Made by a program: the position numbers and the translations under genes. A DNA stretch of 64,000 nucleotides, taken from positions 4,057-68,056 of the forward strand of contig CALFPO010000026.1 in assembly GCA_937919165.1 (NCBI GenBank), read 5' to 3'. The notes below the pieces were generated by a model. The model did no database searches. It was not told the DNA's origin and was given only the letters and a program-made list of their open reading frames with translations. Shown here piece by piece: positions 26,494 to 34,880 of this stretch. How positions within the stretch are numbered: the stretch's first letter is position 1; each line of letters begins with the position of its first letter. This DNA is from an uncultured Bacillota bacterium. GTDB taxonomy: Bacteria; Bacillota_I; Bacilli_A; Erysipelotrichales; Erysipelotrichaceae.

Positions 26494-27681
26494 ATGGATA
26501 TTAAACCTTTTGAGAAACGAGTTCTTTTGGCAAGTGCCACAATGCATGATGAAGAGATGAAATACATTCAGGATGCTTTTGACAAGGGCTGGGTAACCAC
26601 AGTCGGCGAGAACCTGAATGAATTTGAAAAGGCTGTTAGGGAGAAGGTAGGCTGCAAGGCATCGGTTGCCTTGGGAGCTGGAACCTCAGCTCTGCATATG
26701 GCTGTCAAGCTTGCGGGCGTCAAGCAGAATGATGTTGTGTTCGCACAGAGTCTGACATTTGATGCAACAGTCAATCCTGCCATGTACGAGAAGGCTAATC
26801 TTGTCTTCATTGATAGCGAAAGAGATACATGGAATATGGACCCTGTAGCTTTGGAGAAGGCTTTTGAGAAATATCCTGAATGCAAAGTTGTAATGACCGT
26901 CAATCTGTATGGCACACCTTGCAAACTGGATGAGATAAAAGAGATTTGCGATAGACACGGAGCTATCTTGATTGAGGATGCTGCTGAATCATTAGGCGCA
27001 ACCTATAAAGGCAAGATGACCGGAACATTTGGACAATACAACGCCGTAAGTTTCAACGGCAACAAGATCATCACTACTTCAGGTGGTGGTATGCTTCTGA
27101 CTGATGATGAAGATGCTGCAGCTAGAGCACGCAAATGGTCTACCCAGGCCAGAGATGCTGCTCCTTGGTATCAGCACACTGAACTTGGATACAACTACCG
27201 TCTATCCAATATCCTTGGCGGCATCGGCAGAGGCCAGATGCTGCACCTTGAGGAACATATCGCCAAGAAGAAGGAAATCTTCGGCAGATATGTTGAAGGT
27301 CTGAAGGATCTGAAGGTAAGCTTCAATCCGCATCTTGATTGCTCAGAGCCAATCTATTGGCTGAGTGTCATGCTTCTTGACAAGGACATCATGTGCAAGC
27401 ATTCAAGAACAGAAATGACCTATGAATATGAAAGCGAACCAGGCAAGTCATGTCCTGATGAGATCAGAGATGTTCTGGAGGCTCACAACATCGAGACAAG
27501 ACCTATATGGAAACCAATGCATCTGCAGCCAATCTACAGAAACAACGATTATATTATGGCCAATGAAGATGTATCGGCTGATATCTTTGACAGAGGCATC
27601 TGTCTGCCATCTGATATCAAGATGACAAAAGAGGAACAAGATATCGTTATTAAACTTATCAGATCGTGCTTTGAAGGGTAG
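26494..27681 (+). CDS. DegT/DnrJ/EryC1-family PLP aminotransferase (PglE/EpsN-like, UDP-4-keto-6-deoxy-GlcNAc 4-aminotransferase)
   Basis: PLP-lysine block 'AVSFNGNKIITTSGGGMLLT'. Sits between the dehydratase and the sugar transferase. Confidence 0.85.
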   Translation: MDIKPFEKRVLLASATMHDEEMKYIQDAFDKGWVTTVGENLNEFEKAVREKVGCKASVALGAGTSALHMAVKLAGVKQNDVVFAQSLTFDATVNPAMYEKANLVFIDSERDTWNMDPVALEKAFEKYPECKVVMTVNLYGTPCKLDEIKEICDRHGAILIEDAAESLGATYKGKMTGTFGQYNAVSFNGNKIITTSGGGMLLTDDEDAAARARKWSTQARDAAPWYQHTELGYNYRLSNILGGIGRGQMLHLEEHIAKKKEIFGRYVEGLKDLKVSFNPHLDCSEPIYWLSVMLLDKDIMCKHSRTEMTYEYESEPGKSCPDEIRDVLEAHNIETRPIWKPMHLQPIYRNNDYIMANEDVSADIFDRGICLPSDIKMTKEEQDIVIKLIRSCFEG

Positions 27682-27683
27682 GA

Positions 27684-28289
27684 ATGTATAGGAATTTCTT
27701 TAAGAGGTTTTTTGATTTTGCATTATCACTAATGGCGTTAATTCTTTTATCGCCACTTTTTATGGTTTTCATCATTGTCGGAGCCATCAAGATGAAGGGA
27801 AACCCATTCTTCTATCAGGAGAGACCTGGCAAGAACGAAAAGATCTTCAAGTTGGTGAAGTTCAGAACGATGACCGAAGAGAAGGACGAGAACGGAAACT
27901 ATCTTTCTGATGATGTACGTCTTACAGGATATGGCAAATGGCTTAGGGGCACATCGATTGATGAACTTCCTGAACTCATCAATATCCTTAAGGGCGATAT
28001 GGCCATAGTCGGCCCTAGACCGCTGCTTGTTCAGTATCTGCCTTTATACAACGAGGAACAGAGACATCGCCATGATGTAAGGCCAGGACTAACAGGTCTT
28101 GCCCAGGTCAACGGCAGAAATCTTCTGTCATGGAAGGACAAGTTCAAGTTTGATGTCGAATATGTCAACAACATCACTCTTATAGGCGACATCAAGATAA
28201 TCCTCAAGACCGTTAAGAATGTCTTGAGTCATGAAGGAATAAATGCAGAAGGGTCTTCGACAGCTGAAGCATTCACAGGAAACAACTGA
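27684..28289 (+). CDS. Small (monotopic) phosphoglycosyl transferase, PglC/EpsL-like
   Basis: 201 aa. One N-terminal hydrophobic helix, 'VKFRTMTEEKDENG' and 'SIDELPELINILKGDMAIVGPRPLL' (bacterial sugar transferase core). Confidence 0.9.
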   Translation: MYRNFFKRFFDFALSLMALILLSPLFMVFIIVGAIKMKGNPFFYQERPGKNEKIFKLVKFRTMTEEKDENGNYLSDDVRLTGYGKWLRGTSIDELPELINILKGDMAIVGPRPLLVQYLPLYNEEQRHRHDVRPGLTGLAQVNGRNLLSWKDKFKFDVEYVNNITLIGDIKIILKTVKNVLSHEGINAEGSSTAEAFTGNN

Positions 28290-28290
28290 T

Positions 28291-28893
28291 ATGAAAAAAC
28301 TATTGATCTATGGCGCAGGAGGAAATGGAAGGGTCTGTGCCGACATCGCAAAATTGAATGGATATGAAGATGTTCTGTTTTTTGATGATGATCTAAGCAA
28401 GAACACAGAAGGAAAATACAGAGTGATCCATAGTCTTGATGAGATGATTGATATTGAAGAATATGATTTCTTCAACGCCATAGGTTCCAACAAGACAAGA
28501 GAGATAACTACCGATAAATGGAACAAGGAACTGATTACGCTAATACACCCAAGTGCTGTGATCGGTGAAGATGTCGAAATAGGAAAAGGTGTAGCAATCA
28601 TGGCGAATGTTGTCATCAATACCGGCACAAGAATAGGAAACGGCGTTATCGTTAATACCTATGCATCCTTGGACCACGACAACATCATAGATGACTATGC
28701 CCATATATCCGTAAATGTGCATACAGCAGGAACGGTGCATGTAGGCAAGAGAACATTTGTGGGAATCGGTTCAACAGTATCTAACAACATCAGCATCTGT
28801 GATGATGCTGTTGTCGGTGCAGGTGCCGTGGTAGTAAGCAATATTGAAGAAAGCGGAACATATATTGGAGTTCCGGCAAAGAAGAAACAATGA
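28291..28893 (+). CDS. Hexapeptide-repeat N-acetyltransferase, PglD/NeuD/EpsM-like
   Basis: 'LLIYGAGGNGRV' N-domain plus left-handed beta-helix repeats 'IGEDVEIGKGVAIMANVVINTGTRIGNGVIVNT'. ATG 28291 lies directly after the upstream stop (28287-28289). The track start 28243 would overlap it by 47 nt. Confidence 0.8.
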   Translation: MKKLLIYGAGGNGRVCADIAKLNGYEDVLFFDDDLSKNTEGKYRVIHSLDEMIDIEEYDFFNAIGSNKTREITTDKWNKELITLIHPSAVIGEDVEIGKGVAIMANVVINTGTRIGNGVIVNTYASLDHDNIIDDYAHISVNVHTAGTVHVGKRTFVGIGSTVSNNISICDDAVVGAGAVVVSNIEESGTYIGVPAKKKQ

Positions 28894-29981
28894 AGATACT
28901 GATATTGGCAAATAGCTGTGTAGGCCTATACAAGTTCAGAAAGGAACTGCTGCAGAGACTGGTCAAAGATAACCATGAAGTTTTTGTGTCTGTTCCTGAT
29001 GGAGAGTTCATTCCGCAGATAAAGGAAATAGGCTGCAGGTTCCTGGATACTGCAATCGAAAGAAGAGGAACCAATCCATTCAAGGACATGGGCCTTTTGA
29101 GGATGTATAAGTTCTATCTAAGCGAAATCAAGCCTGACATTGTCCTGACCTATACCATCAAGCCTAACGTATATGGCGGAATGGCATGCCGGAAATTTGG
29201 TGTACCTTATGTTGCGAATGTCACTGGCTTAGGATCGGCTGTAGAGAATGGTGGAATACTGCAGTTTGTGACTACAACCCTATATAAGATGGGTCTAAAG
29301 AAAGCTCAAATGGTTTTCTTCCAGAATGAAGCGAATCTTGATTTCATGAAGGAAAAAGGCATCGTCAAGAAAAACTATGATCTGATTCCTGGATCAGGAG
29401 TAAACCTGGAACAATACAGATTATTGGATTATCCAAAAAAGGATACTGTTGATTTTGTCTATGTAGGAAGAATGATGGCGGAGAAGGGCTTTGGTCTATA
29501 TCTTGATGCAGCAGAATACATAAAGGCAAAATATCCTGAAACGGTATTCCACATCTGTGGCCAATATGAAGATGACTTCAAGGATAGAGTAGATAAGCTC
29601 ATCAATGATGGCGTTGTCGTATACCATGGTTTGGTTGACGATATGGTAAGCGTATATAGAGACATACACTGTACAGTTCATCCGACATACTATCCAGAAG
29701 GAATGTCGAATGTGCTGCTGGAATCTTTGGCATGCGGAAGGCCAATCATCACAACCGATAGACCTGGATGCAAAGAGATAGTTGACGATGGAATTAATGG
29801 CTTCATGGTAAAGCAGAAAGATGCAAATGATCTGATCGAAAAGATAGAGAAGTTCCTTCAACTTTCGTATGAAGAAAGAAAGAAATTGGGACTTAACGGA
29901 CGAGAAAAGGTTGAAAAGAGTTTCGACCGCAATATCGTCATTGAAAGATATCTGGAAGAAATAGAAAAAGCAAAGAAATGA
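28890..29981 (+). CDS. Glycosyltransferase family 4 (PglA-like position)
   Basis: E-x7-E block 'PTYYPEGMSNVLLESLACGRPIITTD'. ATGA overlap with the acetyltransferase gene. Confidence 0.85.
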   Translation: MKILILANSCVGLYKFRKELLQRLVKDNHEVFVSVPDGEFIPQIKEIGCRFLDTAIERRGTNPFKDMGLLRMYKFYLSEIKPDIVLTYTIKPNVYGGMACRKFGVPYVANVTGLGSAVENGGILQFVTTTLYKMGLKKAQMVFFQNEANLDFMKEKGIVKKNYDLIPGSGVNLEQYRLLDYPKKDTVDFVYVGRMMAEKGFGLYLDAAEYIKAKYPETVFHICGQYEDDFKDRVDKLINDGVVVYHGLVDDMVSVYRDIHCTVHPTYYPEGMSNVLLESLACGRPIITTDRPGCKEIVDDGINGFMVKQKDANDLIEKIEKFLQLSYEERKKLGLNGREKVEKSFDRNIVIERYLEEIEKAKK

Positions 29982-31084
29982 ATAAACCAGTAAAAGTGCT
30001 TGAGATGATTGCGGTTCTTAACTATGGCGGATCTCAAGCGATGATGGTCAATCTGATAAAGGCAATGGATAGAGACAAGGTCCAGTGCGATTTTGTCATT
30101 GACCACGAGGAAGCAGAACTTAATGGGCTGCGTCCGGTTGTTGAGGAATTGGGCTGCAAAGTCTATACCGTTCCGACTTTCAAGGGAACTAACGTAAGCG
30201 AAATCAAGGATGCGTGGAACAAGCTTCTTGATGAGCATCCTGACTATCAGATTCTGCATTCGCATTCGCGCAGCTATGCCTCGATTTATCTTCCAATCGC
30301 CAAGAAGCATGGTCTGAAGACTATTATCCATAGCCACAACACATCAAACGGAAAAGGGGTTGCTGCTTTGGTTAAGAATGTTCTTCAATATCCTTTACGC
30401 AAGATAGCTGACTACTTCATTGGCTGTTCAAGGGAAGCTGGTGAATGGCTGTTTGGTGAGGAAGTAACTAACGGCGATAGATTCCATGTTTTGAATAACG
30501 CCATTGATACAGATAAATATATCTATGACGAAAAGATCAGAAACGAATACCGCAAGGAATTCGGCATCAAGGATGAGAAAGTATTCATCCAGGTTGGAAG
30601 ACTTTCAACACAGAAGAACCATGAATTTACCCTGAATGTTTTCAGCAAGCATATAAAGAATAATCCAGAAGATAAGCTGGTTATTGTCGGAAATGGTGAA
30701 CTTGAAGGCGAAATCGAAAATAGAATCGATGAACTTGGAATGAGAGATAATGTCATTCATCTAGAAAACAGAAATGATGTGAATTGCTTGCTGCAGATGG
30801 CTGATGTCTTTCTGATGCCATCACTGTTTGAAGGATTGAGCGTAGCAGCTGTTGAAGCTCAGGCTTCAGGAATCAGATGTCTATTGAGCGATAATGTCGA
30901 CAGAAACTGCGACATTACAGGATTATGCGAGTTTTTGCCTCTTGATGAAGAGATTTGGATAAAGAAGATGAATGAGGAAATCATTCAAAGAGAAAACCAT
31001 AAAGAAGATATCGTGAAGGGTGATTTCGATGTGAACGGCACTGCCAAGTGGCTTGAAGATTTCTATATAGGTATAGTAGAGTAA
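29978..31084 (+). CDS. Glycosyltransferase family 4
   Basis: 'MPSLFEGLSVAAVEAQASGIRCL' E-x7-E block. ATGA overlap upstream. Confidence 0.85.
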   Translation: MNKPVKVLEMIAVLNYGGSQAMMVNLIKAMDRDKVQCDFVIDHEEAELNGLRPVVEELGCKVYTVPTFKGTNVSEIKDAWNKLLDEHPDYQILHSHSRSYASIYLPIAKKHGLKTIIHSHNTSNGKGVAALVKNVLQYPLRKIADYFIGCSREAGEWLFGEEVTNGDRFHVLNNAIDTDKYIYDEKIRNEYRKEFGIKDEKVFIQVGRLSTQKNHEFTLNVFSKHIKNNPEDKLVIVGNGELEGEIENRIDELGMRDNVIHLENRNDVNCLLQMADVFLMPSLFEGLSVAAVEAQASGIRCLLSDNVDRNCDITGLCEFLPLDEEIWIKKMNEEIIQRENHKEDIVKGDFDVNGTAKWLEDFYIGIVE

Positions 31085-31089
31085 TAAGA

Positions 31090-32265
31090 ATGTGGTCAGA
31101 TAAGAGATACGTAAACGTTATTATTGATGTGCTTTTGTTCCTTGTAGGAATCAATTTTTTGCATTATGGACAGCTGATACTTCCTGTTATCTGTCTTATG
31201 TTGTTCATAGACAGAAAATTTAGATTCAAGGTAAATAACTTAAAGACGTTTGTGGTGCTATGTCTATTTGCGATCGCGTTCTTTGCCTTCTCATATGGCT
31301 ACAGTTTCTATTGCGTAATGGGATTCTGTCTGCCGATGGCTTACTATATCGGATCAAATATGAAGGATATTAACGAGAACAATGTAGCTAAAGCCATATA
31401 TATAATTGCCTTCGGCATGTCTGTTCATCTGATGCTTAACTTTGCATACGACTATTATGTTCTTGGCCCTGGATTCATGGGAAGACATCATCACTACGAT
31501 ATATGGACCCAAGGAATAGTGGCGGTAACTACAACAGCTGTCAACAGCATACCTATCATCTATTCCATATACTACGTGATTTTCTATGAAACAGATCGAA
31601 TATGGAAAGTAACGGGAATGGTATTCTTCTTGGCGTCGATGATATACAATCTTGCGCTAGGAAGAAGAACCCCTGTATACATACTGATCATCTCTTTTGT
31701 GTTCTCGGTGCTTTATGAGAAGCTTGTTTTGAAGCATAAGAAAAAGGATCTCAGTAAAGCGTTGAAGCTTTCTATTGTGATTGTATGTGTTGCCTTTGTT
31801 ACTTTTGTTTTTGCATACATGCTAAATATCTTCAATTTGAAATCCGCAATCGGAGAACTCTATATAATCACTAAGTTCAAAGAAGGATTGCTGGATATGG
31901 AAAGGCTGAAGATATTTATCGGCGCAGTTAAATTGGCCCCATATCATTTGTTCGGAGGACAGGAAATCAGTTCTATCCTTGAAATAGAGGTTCATGACCT
32001 ATGGATGGATACGTATGATTTCGCTGGTATTGTGCCATATGCTTTGCTTATCGTTTATTCAATTATCTATCTGTTGAATATGGCTAAAGCTTTAAGAAGC
32101 GGAATATCCAATGGCTTCAAGATATTCGTTTTAAACATATCTGTTTCGACAGGCTTGCTAATGTTCATTGAACCAGTAATGACAGGATCATCGTTGTTCC
32201 TTATCTGTTCGGTGATGATTGGGGCATTGATAGAAGGGATGCTGAATGAGAATGAAGGAAAATAA
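31090..32265 (+). CDS. wzy: Wzy-type polymerase / O-antigen-ligase-like membrane protein
   Basis: 391 aa, about 10 TM helices. 'NLALGRRTPVYILIISFVF' resembles the Wzy_C/O-antigen ligase Arg block. Adjacent to wzx. Confidence 0.55.
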   Translation: MWSDKRYVNVIIDVLLFLVGINFLHYGQLILPVICLMLFIDRKFRFKVNNLKTFVVLCLFAIAFFAFSYGYSFYCVMGFCLPMAYYIGSNMKDINENNVAKAIYIIAFGMSVHLMLNFAYDYYVLGPGFMGRHHHYDIWTQGIVAVTTTAVNSIPIIYSIYYVIFYETDRIWKVTGMVFFLASMIYNLALGRRTPVYILIISFVFSVLYEKLVLKHKKKDLSKALKLSIVIVCVAFVTFVFAYMLNIFNLKSAIGELYIITKFKEGLLDMERLKIFIGAVKLAPYHLFGGQEISSILEIEVHDLWMDTYDFAGIVPYALLIVYSIIYLLNMAKALRSGISNGFKIFVLNISVSTGLLMFIEPVMTGSSLFLICSVMIGALIEGMLNENEGK

Positions 32266-33517
32266 GTTCGCAAAGAATGCATCTTGGATAATGATTGGCC
32301 GCATATTCCAGCTGGGACTTACTTTTGTCACGACCATGCTGGTTTCAAGATATCTTGGCCCTGACCAGTATGGCAAGATAACTTTGGCATATTCGTATGT
32401 ATCTTTGTTCATTCCTATATGTGCTTTGGGAATGAACGATATCGCCATAAAATCATTCATCGACAACAAGGACAAAGAAGATGAAACGTTAGGCACAATG
32501 CTGTGCCTTAGACTTGTTGCAGCAATCTTTTCTGTTGGGCTTCTATATATCATCTTGAGAATCAAGAGCGATAATCCGGTCACTATTGCCGTGGGAATAC
32601 TTCAGTCGATTTCGTTGATGTTCCAGATATTTGAATCTATTTCGTACTGGTATCAGGCAAATATGATGTCAAAGAAGGTTGGAATAATATATGCCGTTTC
32701 CTATACTTTGACCGCTATATTCAGGATTGCGGGTTTGATTGTCAAAAGAGATATCAACTGGTTTGCCTTTGCGGTATCACTTGATATCGTTGTCATTGCC
32801 GTTTTGCTTCTATATGTATATTTCAAGGATGGACACAGATTGTCTTTCTCATGGAAGCTTGGAAAGCAATTGTTGAGCAAGAGCTATCACTACATATTTG
32901 CCAGCATTATGGTCGTCATCTACAGCAAAGCTGATACCATCATTCTTGGAAATATGGTTGATGATGCAAGCGTTGGCTGCTATGCGGCTGCCACCACCTT
33001 ATGCAACGCCTGGCCATTTGTCTTAACAGCCATCATTGATTCAGCTAGTCCTATCATCATTGAATATTCAAAGTCAGATAGGAATCTGTATTACAGCAGT
33101 CTGAAGAAACTGTATGCGGCAATATTCTATATTGGAGTTGCTGCAGCACTTGCATTCAACATCGGCTCATCGCTGATCATCAATCTGATATATGGTGCAG
33201 AATATGCACCAGCAATCATGCCGCTTAGGATTGTGAGCTGGAGCACCATCTTTGCCTATCTTGGCGTGTCACGAACCATCTGGATGCAGTGCGAGAACAA
33301 GCTCAGATACGAAAAGACTCTGTCTCTTTTAGGCGCGATCATCGATATTGTCTTGAACTATGTTCTGATTGGAAGATTCGGAATCAATGGTGCAGCTATG
33401 GCTTTGACCATCACTCAGATCATGACCAATCTGGTATTCCCGTTGATCATCAAACCGACAAGAGAGAATGGAAAGCTTATACTTGAGGCAATAGCGCTTA
33501 AGGGGGTTCTGAAATGA
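32246..33517 (+). CDS. wzx: Wzx-type flippase (MOP/PST family), second copy
   Basis: 423 aa and polytopic. 'FAKNASWIMIGRIFQLGLTFVTTMLVSRYLGPDQYG' is a typical PST N-terminus. Confidence 0.8.
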   Translation: MRMKENKFAKNASWIMIGRIFQLGLTFVTTMLVSRYLGPDQYGKITLAYSYVSLFIPICALGMNDIAIKSFIDNKDKEDETLGTMLCLRLVAAIFSVGLLYIILRIKSDNPVTIAVGILQSISLMFQIFESISYWYQANMMSKKVGIIYAVSYTLTAIFRIAGLIVKRDINWFAFAVSLDIVVIAVLLLYVYFKDGHRLSFSWKLGKQLLSKSYHYIFASIMVVIYSKADTIILGNMVDDASVGCYAAATTLCNAWPFVLTAIIDSASPIIIEYSKSDRNLYYSSLKKLYAAIFYIGVAAALAFNIGSSLIINLIYGAEYAPAIMPLRIVSWSTIFAYLGVSRTIWMQCENKLRYEKTLSLLGAIIDIVLNYVLIGRFGINGAAMALTITQIMTNLVFPLIIKPTRENGKLILEAIALKGVLK

Positions 33518-34206
33518 AATACAGAACCGAATGGAAATACATATGTACAGACTATGATATGGATCTGCTTAGACCAAAGATTGCAGCTGTGCTGAAACTT
33601 GATGGCAACGCCAACAAGGAAGTCTACAATATCCATAGCCTATATTTCGATGACTACAACAATGCTTGCGCTTTCGACAACGATGCTGGTGCAAGCGAAA
33701 GATACAAGTGGCGCATACGCTATTATGATGACAGCACCGACTTCATCAGATTGGAAAAGAAAGAGAAGATCGGTGAACTCTGCTATAAGCGCGATTGTCC
33801 TATAAGCAGAAAACAATATGATGCTATCATTGAAGGGGAAATAGGAAGCGTGCTTTCAAGCAGCGATGATAGATTGCTGAAGGAATTCTGTGCTGAGATT
33901 CTCGCCAGACATTTCAAGCCGAAGATCATCATCGATTATGAACGTCAGGCTTATGTTGAGCCAATATCTCACATTAGAATAACGTTTGACCGCAATATCT
34001 GTGGATCACTAGATATAGATCGTTTCTTTGAGAGAGACTATTTAAAGTATCCGCTCCAGGAAATGTATCAGCATGTATTGGAAGTTAAATTTGATGATGT
34101 CTTGCCTGGCTATCTGGAAAGCATATTGCGTGCAGGAAGACTAGAAAGAAATACATTCAGCAAGTATTATCTCGGTAGAGTGATACTGGAAAGGAATTTG
34201 TTATGA
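33514..34206 (+). CDS. VTC-domain protein (triphosphate-tunnel / polyphosphate-polymerase-like domain), cytoplasmic
   Basis: 230 aa with no TM helix. Blocks: 'YRTEWKYI', 'IHSLYFDD', 'RYKWRIRYY', 'IRLEKKEK', 'RITFDRNI', 'LEVKFD'. ATGA overlap with wzx. Confidence 0.75.
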   Translation: MKYRTEWKYICTDYDMDLLRPKIAAVLKLDGNANKEVYNIHSLYFDDYNNACAFDNDAGASERYKWRIRYYDDSTDFIRLEKKEKIGELCYKRDCPISRKQYDAIIEGEIGSVLSSSDDRLLKEFCAEILARHFKPKIIIDYERQAYVEPISHIRITFDRNICGSLDIDRFFERDYLKYPLQEMYQHVLEVKFDDVLPGYLESILRAGRLERNTFSKYYLGRVILERNLL

Positions 34207-34880
34207 GCTTTATTTCGGAAGTATTATCAGCATTATTCTCAAGAGTCGGATATGATGTGGCTCCTTTGTCTACAATCATTTCCGTTCTGGTAGTTACGCT
34301 TATCATGTCGGTATATGAATTTGTCGTGTATCGTTTGGTTTCGCATCGTGCGATCTACAACAAACAGTTCCATGTGGCTATCTTGGTAATTCCTTTCTTC
34401 ATCAGCTCAATCGTTATGGCTTTGCAATCTAACATCGTCATAACCTTAGGAACAATTGGCGCCTTGGCAATCATCAGATTCAGAACAGCCATCAAGGATT
34501 CTACCGATATGATCTATCTTCTTTGGAGCATCTATGTAGGAATCACCTGTGGATGCCGTCTCTATGAATCATGCATCCTTACATCATTGACTGTAACGGT
34601 GATACTGCTTGCGGTAAATCTTCTTGGCGGCAAGCTGTTCAAGAATCCTTATATATTGATCGTCAACAGCAAAGAAGACATTGAAGATAAGCTGAGCGAA
34701 GCAATAAAGAACAATACAAAATCACTCAGGCTCAAGAGCAGAAACTATACAAACAAGGGTGTCAATTACGTATACGAACTGAGTCTTAAGAATCCTGAAG
34801 ATCTAACAAAGGCCATCAGACAGCTTGAAGGCATCGATCAGTTCTCGCTGCTTGAATACGACAGCAACGATATCATCTAA
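34203..34880 (+). CDS. DUF4956-family membrane protein
   Basis: 225 aa with 4-5 hydrophobic helices. 'LAIIRFRTAIKDSTDMIYLLWSIYVG' block and a soluble C-terminal tail. ATGA overlap upstream, TAATG downstream. Confidence 0.7.
   Translation: MSFISEVLSALFSRVGYDVAPLSTIISVLVVTLIMSVYEFVVYRLVSHRAIYNKQFHVAILVIPFFISSIVMALQSNIVITLGTIGALAIIRFRTAIKDSTDMIYLLWSIYVGITCGCRLYESCILTSLTVTVILLAVNLLGGKLFKNPYILIVNSKEDIEDKLSEAIKNNTKSLRLKSRNYTNKGVNYVYELSLKNPEDLTKAIRQLEGIDQFSLLEYDSNDII

Noticed and set aside
28243-28290. Upstream start (ATG 28243) for the PglD-like acetyltransferase, which would give a 16-aa extension.
   Set aside because: It would overlap the phosphoglycosyl transferase gene by 47 nt, and the extension 'MQKGLRQLKHSQETTD' is not family-like. 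ATG 28291 directly follows the upstream stop and begins with the conserved 'MKKLLIYGAGG' Rossmann start.
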